Origin: Bacteroidaceae bacterium
GTDB lineage: Bacteria; Bacteroidota; Bacteroidia; Bacteroidales; Bacteroidaceae
Length of the DNA stretch: 64,000 nt
Direction: 5' to 3'
Assembly: GCA_017516265.1 (NCBI GenBank)
Contig: JAFXDL010000051.1
Span: forward strand, 3,477 to 67,476
How positions within the stretch are numbered: position 1 is the first letter of the stretch; every line of letters starts with the position of its first letter. This document shows, piece after piece, positions 56,388-64,000 of this stretch. A program made the position numbers and the translations under genes. Under the pieces are notes generated by a model. That model was not told the DNA's origin and ran no database searches. It saw only the letters and a program-made list of their open reading frames with translations.

Positions 56388-58742
56388 CTACAACTCCACA
56401 CTCATCCGATACTCGGGCAATAGTTCAACTTTGTTGATGCTGAGCACACTGGACTGACGGGTGAAGTCGGGGAAAGCCGATTCGGGTACGCCCCCCATCT
56501 TGATGAAAGGCGCGTTCTTCTTGAGCGGACGGAAGTAGAAGGTCATCTCTCCGTGCTTCTTCAAATCGTCTTTAAAACGCTTGAGGCCGATGCTCCACGG
56601 GGCACCATACCAGAAGTGGTCGAGTACAATGTCGCCTCCCATGAAGGCCATAGCCACATCGCCCGTGTAGTCGATGTTGAGGAAATAGTCGTTCACTTGT
56701 GGCAAAGCAGGTTGTTCGGGACGCACGGTGATGCGCTGTCCGTTCACCTTTTCCCACTCAACTTTCGGAGTGACTGGCTCTACACTTATCGTCTGTGGTT
56801 TCCATCCTTGCTTCGAGGGATAGAGAATGTAATCCACTGAGGGATTGTTCACGCTGAGGAAGGTCACTTTCTCCTTTTCGGGCAATACCGTAGCATCGGT
56901 GATGAGCAGGCGTCCGTCCTCCAATTGGAGGGTATTCAGTGCCTGTTGGCGGGTGAGGGTAGTGACCATCAGTTTCTCGCCCGTAGCCGTGGTCAGGCGG
57001 AAGGTACTCTTGGTACCAGGAGTGGGGGTGAAGCGTACTTTGCCACCCTTGACAGAGCCTTTCTCAAAGATATACTCAGGTGTGAATCCGTCAGGGGCAA
57101 AGAAGATGTAGTGCGTGCGTCCACCATCGTCCAGTTTGGCCAGGAGCTGAGCCGTGGCATACTTCAACCGTGCTCCCTCCATATCGAAGTTGAAGGGCAG
57201 GATGGCGCTGGCATCTTTCTTCAGTGTGAAGGTGCCGTTGGCAGGGATTGTCAATGTCTCACCTTTCAGGTTCAGTTTGATTTGCAAATCCTTTTGGTCA
57301 ATGCGTGCCGTGTCGTGGTCTTGGAAGTTTGTCATAAAGAGGAATCCGCTTCCACCTTTCATGCGGGCAGAGAAGCGCAGGGTCTCGCGGTTATTAGGCT
57401 TGATTGCCCGGTAGCCTTCGGGAAGCACGGTTTCCATCGGAGCCAGCTGGTGTCCGAAGTTGTGGATGAAGGTGTGCAGGATGCGCAGGTAGTTATAGGA
57501 ATCGCGCACGCGTCCGAACTCTCCAATAGGAGCTTGATAGTCGTAGTTAATCTTGGGGATACCCATCGGCTCGTCGGCAAAGAAGCCACCACCGATGCGT
57601 CGGGGATTGGAGCCACCGTGATACATGTAGTAACCGATGCAATTGGCTCCCGAGCCAAGGGTGCGCACCATCAGTGCTTCGGCCGCACGGGCATCAATCA
57701 CGGGTCGGCTTTCGTATATCATCTGTATGCCCACACCCATCTCGGCACAAAACGAAGGATAGAGGTCGGTGTTGTATCGCACGGGCGAATAGTCAGGCTC
57801 GTGCTGGATGTCCTTGAACAGACAGAAGGGAGACATCGAAGGCTTTGCCCAGAAGGGGTAGGTGTAAGCTGCTGTGACGGGGATGGCTTCGTTGCCAATG
57901 ATGGCCGCATTTCCCCATCCGGTGGCGGTGTAGAGCGGAGTTATCATGCCTGCCTTTTCGGCCATACGCTTCAAGGTGAGCATGTGTTGCTCGCCCAATT
58001 CCGATGTCTTGATTTCCTGATTCTGCTCACTCACACCCACCATTGTGATTTCCTTGTCATAGGTGGCACTGGTGTGGTCGGGAGTCTCGCCCGGATAGTT
58101 GATGGCCCAAGGAGCGGCACTGTGTTGATGTTCGTTCTCAATCTGAATACCAATGATAGGGCCTCCGTCCTTATAATACAATCCGTTCAGTTGGCGACCT
58201 ATTTCACCATATAGGCGCTCGACATACTTCAGATAGTCGGCATCGTTGGAGCGCACATCAAGAGGTTTGGCAAAGAGCCAGTCGGGCAATCCTCCATTGC
58301 GTATCTCACCGTGACAGAAGGGGCCTACGCGTACAATGACGTTCATCCCGTGCTTCTTGCACAGTTCTACAAAATGGCGCAGGTCGAGGTTGCCATTCCA
58401 ACGGAAGCGTCCCTCCTCCTCTTCGTGCATATTCCAAAATACATAGACGGGGATAACCGTCAATCCACCGGCTTTCATCTTCAACACCGACTCTTCCCAT
58501 TGTGCGCGAGGAAAGCGGCTATAATGGAACTCACCGGTGACGGGTATCATGGGGCGTCCGTTTTCGGTTACATAGTAACTGTTCACTTCCATACGTCGCC
58601 CGTCGGGGGCTGTGCCACCCAATTTCAGGTGGCCGGTATGTATCTGCTTCGGAGTGGCCGGTTCGGTCAACTCGTATGTATGTTGGGCACTCAAGCCCAA
58701 TGTACCTGCCAAAGCCAGCAGGAGGGTAAGACTCTTTTTCAT
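56388..58742 (-). CDS. GH35 beta-galactosidase
   Basis: Signal peptide, GEFHYSR, YVFWNMHE, RVGPFCHGE..NGGLPDW, GGPIIGIQIENE, YYMYHGG and YDYQAPIGE. Confidence 0.92.
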   Translation of the reverse strand: MKKSLTLLLALAGTLGLSAQHTYELTEPATPKQIHTGHLKLGGTAPDGRRMEVNSYYVTENGRPMIPVTGEFHYSRFPRAQWEESVLKMKAGGLTVIPVYVFWNMHEEEEGRFRWNGNLDLRHFVELCKKHGMNVIVRVGPFCHGEIRNGGLPDWLFAKPLDVRSNDADYLKYVERLYGEIGRQLNGLYYKDGGPIIGIQIENEHQHSAAPWAINYPGETPDHTSATYDKEITMVGVSEQNQEIKTSELGEQHMLTLKRMAEKAGMITPLYTATGWGNAAIIGNEAIPVTAAYTYPFWAKPSMSPFCLFKDIQHEPDYSPVRYNTDLYPSFCAEMGVGIQMIYESRPVIDARAAEALMVRTLGSGANCIGYYMYHGGSNPRRIGGGFFADEPMGIPKINYDYQAPIGEFGRVRDSYNYLRILHTFIHNFGHQLAPMETVLPEGYRAIKPNNRETLRFSARMKGGSGFLFMTNFQDHDTARIDQKDLQIKLNLKGETLTIPANGTFTLKKDASAILPFNFDMEGARLKYATAQLLAKLDDGGRTHYIFFAPDGFTPEYIFEKGSVKGGKVRFTPTPGTKSTFRLTTATGEKLMVTTLTRQQALNTLQLEDGRLLITDATVLPEKEKVTFLSVNNPSVDYILYPSKQGWKPQTISVEPVTPKVEWEKVNGQRITVRPEQPALPQVNDYFLNIDYTGDVAMAFMGGDIVLDHFWYGAPWSIGLKRFKDDLKKHGEMTFYFRPLKKNAPFIKMGGVPESAFPDFTRQSSVLSINKVELLPEYRMSVEL

Positions 58743-58750
58743 ATTGTTTT

Positions 58751-58864
58751 TTTAGGCGCGGATTGCGCGGATTTGTATAATTCCTACTTTATTTAGAACA
58801 CAGAGAAGCGGAGACACAGAGGAGTTAAATTATAATCCGTGTAATCCGCGTAATCCGTGCCAAA
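58751..58864. repeat. TTTAGGCGCGGAT inverted-repeat element
   Basis: TTTAGGCGCGGATTGCGCGGAT ... ATCCGCGTAATCCGTGCCAAA. The internal ACACAGAG..GGAGACACAGAG resembles the reverse complement of 8924-8949. Confidence 0.78.
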
Positions 58865-58868
58865 AAAA

Positions 58869-60458
58869 TTACTTTATCTTCATCTCCACATCATCTACCA
58901 ACAGGCGGTCACCAGCTTCGCCTTTGACAATGAAACCAACTTCGATGCTATCACTCTGGACTGTGAATGAGGGAATTTCGAAGCGTACCCACTTGTCATT
59001 GGTTGGATTGATGCCATAGGATGCGTCACCGACATATACATTTGCCGATATGGTGGAACCGACAGTGCGCACCATGGCCGAAAGGGTATAAGTGCCTTTC
59101 TCCAATGGGATGTTCGGGCGCGACTTCACCATCTGACGGACATGTCTTATAAAGGGTATGGTGTCCGTGATGCAGAGAGCCTTTTCGCCCGTCACCACCT
59201 TGCGGTCTTCCTGGGTATTGAAGTAGTTCAGTTGGGGAGAATGGGGGTCGAAGTTGGCAATCTTGTTACCTGTGATGACTTCGCTTGTCCATGCCATCAG
59301 TTGCAATTGCACCGGCTTGCGGTTGCTGGGGATGGCATTTCGGTCGGCCTCGAACGAGGGATTGAGGATGTAGTTGTTGTCTGTTCCTACGCGCCATTCG
59401 CCCGTAGTGGCATTCAGCTCCCAATGGCTTACAGAGTTGAAGCGTGGGGTGTTCTCTTCGCCTTCAAAGGTGAGGGGCAACCATTGGTTATAGCCGAGGC
59501 CGTTGCCGGCAAACTCTGCCCATCGGTCGCCACAATAGAGCACGAGGTCTTGCTTGGTTCCCTTGATGGTGTAGAAGAATCCCGTCTGAGTGACGTGGGC
59601 AAAATCCATTTCGCAACCGGGCATCACCTGCATGTCGTTCGTCGGAGTGTAAGGGCCATAGATGTTGTCGGCCACCAGATAGTAGGCAAACGAGCAATCC
59701 CATCCGTAGATGTTGCTGGCACACATGTAGTAGCGTCCTTTGTATTTGAAGAGGCAATTGCCTTCGCGGCTTTCGCCCTTGAATATCTGTACGCAATCGA
59801 GCAAATCCACCATGCCGTCCTTCACACCGATTTCGGAGACGTATATCTTGTTGCGTCCACGTCCGTAAGAATAAATGAGGTATGACTTGCCTGTATCCTC
59901 GTCGGTGAATACCGTCTGGTCACCCGTATTGGGGGTGCCGATGCGGTCGGTCATGTCGATGTGGCGGTGTTGGGTGAATTGTCCCGTAGGCGAATCGCCC
60001 AAGCAGATGAGCACATTCTGTCCGTGTTGCACCAACAGGGCATACTTCTTTATCTCCGGCAAGTAAGCCACACCCATGCGTCCTACCCAAGTGGGCCATC
60101 CGTTCTTGTTCACTTCTTCGGGCGTGAGCACGTGTCCTTCTGAAGTCCAGTTCACAAAGTCGGTACTGCTATAGCACGTCACACCCATGAAGTGGTTGCG
60201 TTGGTGGGTCACACTCGGATCCTCGCGATACAATTCAGCTTCGTGGTAATGTACACCGTACCAATAGTACTTCTCTTCGCCCGTTTGTGGGTCGGGAAAC
60301 TTGAAGATACCGCCACCTTGACTATAGATGGGTTGTCCGTCTTGGGTATCCCAAAACTGATTGTTCTTGATGGGCAAATATTCGCCTTTTGCATTTCCTA
60401 CGCATGAGGTAAGGCAAATGGCAATTGTTAATGTCAGAATTGATGATAGTTTTTTCAT
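58869..60458 (-). CDS. GH43-family (beta-propeller) glycosidase lipoprotein with C-terminal CBM-like domain
   Basis: Lipobox LTSC, QGGGI, YYWYG, CYSSTDF.NW, GDQTVFTD, REG and GDRW. It resembles GH43_24-like galactanases; the subfamily is uncertain. Confidence 0.8.
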   Translation of the reverse strand: MKKLSSILTLTIAICLTSCVGNAKGEYLPIKNNQFWDTQDGQPIYSQGGGIFKFPDPQTGEEKYYWYGVHYHEAELYREDPSVTHQRNHFMGVTCYSSTDFVNWTSEGHVLTPEEVNKNGWPTWVGRMGVAYLPEIKKYALLVQHGQNVLICLGDSPTGQFTQHRHIDMTDRIGTPNTGDQTVFTDEDTGKSYLIYSYGRGRNKIYVSEIGVKDGMVDLLDCVQIFKGESREGNCLFKYKGRYYMCASNIYGWDCSFAYYLVADNIYGPYTPTNDMQVMPGCEMDFAHVTQTGFFYTIKGTKQDLVLYCGDRWAEFAGNGLGYNQWLPLTFEGEENTPRFNSVSHWELNATTGEWRVGTDNNYILNPSFEADRNAIPSNRKPVQLQLMAWTSEVITGNKIANFDPHSPQLNYFNTQEDRKVVTGEKALCITDTIPFIRHVRQMVKSRPNIPLEKGTYTLSAMVRTVGSTISANVYVGDASYGINPTNDKWVRFEIPSFTVQSDSIEVGFIVKGEAGDRLLVDDVEMKIK

Positions 60459-60512
60459 GTTTATAATCAATGTTTGATAGTTGTTGCAAAGATATAGTAA
60501 ATATCTGAGTTT

Positions 60513-63470
60513 TTATTTAATCTTCGGTTTTAGCTCATCGGGTGAATCTTTAGTGAAACTATCTACCGTTGGCGTGGGACGGTTGTAGATGGTCTCAATC
60601 TGCTCTATCGTTACCGTCTGTGTGGGGCGGAAATCGTCTGATTGCATGTAAGCGAGCAAGGCGTGCATCAGTTCGCGGGCCACAGGGCGATTGTTCAGAC
60701 GGTTGCGCACATCAAGGCTGGTCATGATGAGGCGACCTTTGCTTACGCGAGCCTCGAACAGAGTGCTGAGACGACGACTGAGGAACCATGTGTCGATGGG
60801 TTGCACGATGCTATTGAATTGGCCGGATATGTGGCTGGTCATCATGCACTGTGCCCGATTGGCCAACTCCCACCATTGCAAATTGGTGTAATTGTCCGTC
60901 GGGAAATGGCGGAAGAGTGGGTGAGCACTATCAATCCACGAACCGACGGTGTGTGGCGGGCGCATCTTGAACCATGATGTATTCCAGAAAGTGGGGACAA
61001 AGTGTTGCACGATGCCTGCACCATATTTTACCCGACCTGCCGCGGTGAGGAGCACCTTTCCTCCACGATTGAGAAGGTCGATAGCAGCTTGGTTGAGTGT
61101 GTCGGTTACCATCAAGTCTGCGTCTTCATAACCAGTCAGTTCACGTTGGGGATATACCCAAAGGTTCCAACTGTTCACGACTTCGTGGATGGGGTAATTA
61201 CGCTCCAAAGTGCCTTCACCTTGGGTGCGACGCAAGCGATATTGGTCGCAATCTGTGAGTCGGACTTCCAGGGTGAGTTGTTGCGCAGCATTGCTTGTGC
61301 CCGGTAGCTTGTAACTGATGACTCCCAATGGAATCTGTCCGCCAATGGGAATCTCTTTCATTGTTTGTCGCTGGGTGTGGAGCACTTGTCCATCCTTATT
61401 CCTTATATTATATATAAAGGTGGCATTGGTGAGCGGTGTTTCACCAAAGTGGCTCAATTCAATGGTGGCTTGCAAGGTGTCCCAATCGGTATAGACAAAA
61501 CGATCCATTTTTGCCAAAGGAGTGGTGGGTGCACAAAATTGTCGCCACTCGGGGGCGGTGATGTATCCCTTTTCTCCCCAAAGAGCATCAAGAATGCCCA
61601 CTACAGCACTACCTTGTCCGCTATAGTCGTTGAGTGCAAGCAACTGATAGCCGGCGTAGTTGGGTGTGCGCAGAGTGCGCTCCAACTCGTGCTTGTAGCA
61701 AAGGGCTTGTAACTTGCCACTGGCCATCAGAAACTCTTGTCCTTGGTGTCCCATGTCATTTGCATCCAACAAATCGCGGAAAATCTCGAAGTTCTTAGCC
61801 TTATTCACCCCCTTGTATTTGCCAATCTCATTGAAGTTGGGATAGCAATTCCATTGACCGGTTTCGTGTGAGACAAAAGGTTGGCGCACCGTGTCAATCT
61901 TGTGGCTGAATGTGCTCCACGACTCGGGACGGCTTTTGCTCCATTCCAATCCGCGTGCACCGGCTTTTACGTGAAACTCATTAGCCGGTTGCCATGCCCA
62001 TCCGCCACCTACTGATGCACCGGTATAGACATGGCGTGGGTCGGCTTTTTGCCAATAGTGTACGAAGTCGGTAACCCATTCTACCCAACGCCCGGCCGGC
62101 TCATTGCCACAAGCCAACATACAGAATGAGGCATGGTTTCCATACTCGCGATTAAGGGCTATGGTTTCGTCCATCAGATACTGGTCAATGGGTTGTCCCA
62201 CACCGAGTTTTACTCCATGGTTTGGCCAACTGGGTCCTTCGGGTTGTAGGTAGAAACCAACAAGGTCTGCAGCTTCGAATGCGGCACGAGGTGGACAGTA
62301 GGAGTGGAAACGCATGTGGTTCAAGCCGTATTGGCGACAGATGCGGAAAACACGCACCCATTCCTCCACCTCCATGGGGGCATAACCGGTCAGGGGGAAG
62401 ACACAACACTCTACCGTACCACGCAACATTGTCTGACGCCCGTTGACGTAAAACCATTTGCCTTCGATGCGGAAGTCGCGCATACCGAAAGTGGTACTAC
62501 AATTGTGAATGATGGATTTTGAATTCTGAGTTGCCAGTTCGGCATTCAGGCGATAGAGGGTGGGAGAGAACTCGTCCCACAGGTAAGGATTGTCGCCCAT
62601 AGGAAGAAGAATTTCCACCTGATTTTCTCCCTCGTTGAGAAAAACTTTTTTTGAGGTAGGGAAAAAATGTTCGGCCTGTAGGGTATTGAAACTGGTAGCG
62701 TTTAATGCTATGTTTACTGTGCCCTTCTTGTCGGCTTGTATCTTCATTTTTACAAGTGCATTCTTCTCCGACACATTGGGATATACTTGCAGGTCGTCAA
62801 TGTATGTCTTGGGCATGGCGATGAGAGCCATCTTGCCCACAATACCATTCCAATTGCCTTGTGTCTGATCGCTCAAACTATGCGAATCGTCACCCACCTT
62901 TACCGTTTCGGGACGGTTATCTACGCAGATAATCAACGTGTTTTCTCCGCGTTTTACAAACTCTGTCACATCATAAACATGGGGTACGGAGAGTGAGTTT
63001 TGACTACCCACCTGTTTGCCGTTTACCCACAGGGTCGTCTGAATGTGAGGCCTTTCAAGGGACAGAACAATGCGTTGTCCCTTCCAATTGCGTGGCAAAT
63101 TGACGGTGCGTTGATACCAAGCAAGTCCTACATAGTGTTTGTCAGGCGTGAGGAAGAAGGGAAACTTGATGTTGCCTGTCCTTCTATATACCTCCATCGT
63201 AGGATTGAAATAGAAAGAACTGTCATAGAGTGTCCCTGTCCATTGTGTCTTCAAGGTGGGGTCGTCACCTTTCAATCGCTCAGGCATAGAGCCGGGTAAC
63301 AAAATGGTGTCATCGAAACTCTTTTTCCCATTGAACCATTGTTCTTCTTTGCCCACACCTTCACGGTCAATTTGGAAATTCCACAAGCCGGAGAGGTCGA
63401 TGCTTTGTTGGGCTTGTCCGCTCAAAAAGAAGCAAAACAGACAAATGAGGGTAGATATCCGGTATGTCAT
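60513..63470 (-). CDS. GH2 family glycoside hydrolase
   Basis: Signal peptide, LSGLWNF, WYQR, WNGIVG, LWDEFSP.LY, FGMRDF, NHMRFHS, CGNE and SHETGQW. Confidence 0.88.
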   Translation of the reverse strand: MTYRISTLICLFCFFLSGQAQQSIDLSGLWNFQIDREGVGKEEQWFNGKKSFDDTILLPGSMPERLKGDDPTLKTQWTGTLYDSSFYFNPTMEVYRRTGNIKFPFFLTPDKHYVGLAWYQRTVNLPRNWKGQRIVLSLERPHIQTTLWVNGKQVGSQNSLSVPHVYDVTEFVKRGENTLIICVDNRPETVKVGDDSHSLSDQTQGNWNGIVGKMALIAMPKTYIDDLQVYPNVSEKNALVKMKIQADKKGTVNIALNATSFNTLQAEHFFPTSKKVFLNEGENQVEILLPMGDNPYLWDEFSPTLYRLNAELATQNSKSIIHNCSTTFGMRDFRIEGKWFYVNGRQTMLRGTVECCVFPLTGYAPMEVEEWVRVFRICRQYGLNHMRFHSYCPPRAAFEAADLVGFYLQPEGPSWPNHGVKLGVGQPIDQYLMDETIALNREYGNHASFCMLACGNEPAGRWVEWVTDFVHYWQKADPRHVYTGASVGGGWAWQPANEFHVKAGARGLEWSKSRPESWSTFSHKIDTVRQPFVSHETGQWNCYPNFNEIGKYKGVNKAKNFEIFRDLLDANDMGHQGQEFLMASGKLQALCYKHELERTLRTPNYAGYQLLALNDYSGQGSAVVGILDALWGEKGYITAPEWRQFCAPTTPLAKMDRFVYTDWDTLQATIELSHFGETPLTNATFIYNIRNKDGQVLHTQRQTMKEIPIGGQIPLGVISYKLPGTSNAAQQLTLEVRLTDCDQYRLRRTQGEGTLERNYPIHEVVNSWNLWVYPQRELTGYEDADLMVTDTLNQAAIDLLNRGGKVLLTAAGRVKYGAGIVQHFVPTFWNTSWFKMRPPHTVGSWIDSAHPLFRHFPTDNYTNLQWWELANRAQCMMTSHISGQFNSIVQPIDTWFLSRRLSTLFEARVSKGRLIMTSLDVRNRLNNRPVARELMHALLAYMQSDDFRPTQTVTIEQIETIYNRPTPTVDSFTKDSPDELKPKIK

Positions 63471-63503
63471 GGTTACTGTTTTTTTGATAGTTCCTATATA
63501 GGA

Positions 63504-64000
63504 TTAATGAAGCAAAGTTTTCAATGTCATGATACCTTGGTGGTTGATGTCCAGTTGCTCAACTTCATGAAGATAGCGCTTGCCCTTTTCAGTTTCTCCC
63601 AAACCTATGTAGCCAAGAGCGAGCATGAAGAGGCAGTGGATGCGGTTCTTCTCGTTGAGGTCACCATCCCATATCTGAAGGTCGGGGAGGGACACGGCAA
63701 AGTAATCCATCACTTGTGGCTCAAAGATATGTTGCTTGCCATAGTTCACCAACTTGTAGAAGCGTCCGTTGGCCTCATCGGTGCGACCAAGTTTTTGCAA
63801 GGCCAATCCCTGATAGAAAATCTTCTCGGGTTTGGCATCGTTGTAATACATGGCAGCGGCAGGTTCGGTAGGCCCATAGGTGGCCTGCTTCCAACATTCA
63901 TGTGCACGCTCCGTATCTCCCAACTTTTCGTAAGCACATCCGAGGAAATAGTAGAAATCGTTCTCCTGTGCCCCGTGCAATTTGCCTTCGCCCAGATGAT
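63504..64000 (-). CDS. C-terminus of a TPR protein (DUF5107-type), 5'-truncated by window edge
   Basis: The frame is open to the window end (HLGEGKLHGAQEND). It has TPR helices and the DYFAVSLPD motif typical of DUF5107-TPR proteins. Confidence 0.75.
   Translation of the reverse strand, partial: HLGEGKLHGAQENDFYYFLGCAYEKLGDTERAHECWKQATYGPTEPAAAMYYNDAKPEKIFYQGLALQKLGRTDEANGRFYKLVNYGKQHIFEPQVMDYFAVSLPDLQIWDGDLNEKNRIHCLFMLALGYIGLGETEKGKRYLHEVEQLDINHQGIMTLKTLLH

Overview
This 64-kb window is Bacteroidales chromosome (Bacteroidaceae/Prevotellaceae-like), judged from TAnnTTTG -7 promoter boxes, an spt/lipid-kinase pair and a eukaryote/archaeal-type proS. It is mostly housekeeping and glycan-degradation genes: S46 and C1B peptidases, tamB, proS, ompA-family, mtgA, glnS, dedA, cls, ispE, spt, lon, tgt, lptF/G, xpt plus permease, and GH31, GH51, GH35, GH43 and GH2. 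The best candidate for an undescribed system is a five-gene phospho-signalling operon at 17105-25941. It encodes a multi-zinc-ribbon protein, a membrane-anchored non-RD Ser/Thr kinase, a zinc-ribbon protein with four tandem CbbX/SpoVK/EccA-type AAA+ modules (the first with a degenerate Walker B), a zinc-ribbon-FHA protein and a PP2C phosphatase. An AT-rich island (~43400-49130) carries an ABC/OLD-type ATPase paired with a putative PD-(D/E)XK nuclease (defence candidate), a YidD-TPR fusion with a VirB10-like partner, and an HTH gene behind a 137-nt rod-shaped RNA leader. HTH-Fic and WYL regulators with palindromic operators follow it. Two stand-alone sRNA candidates (promoter plus terminator) and several families of intergenic repeats are also visible. 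I found no tRNA, rRNA, CRISPR array, integrase or transposase. All family assignments come from motif recognition by eye, not from database searches.
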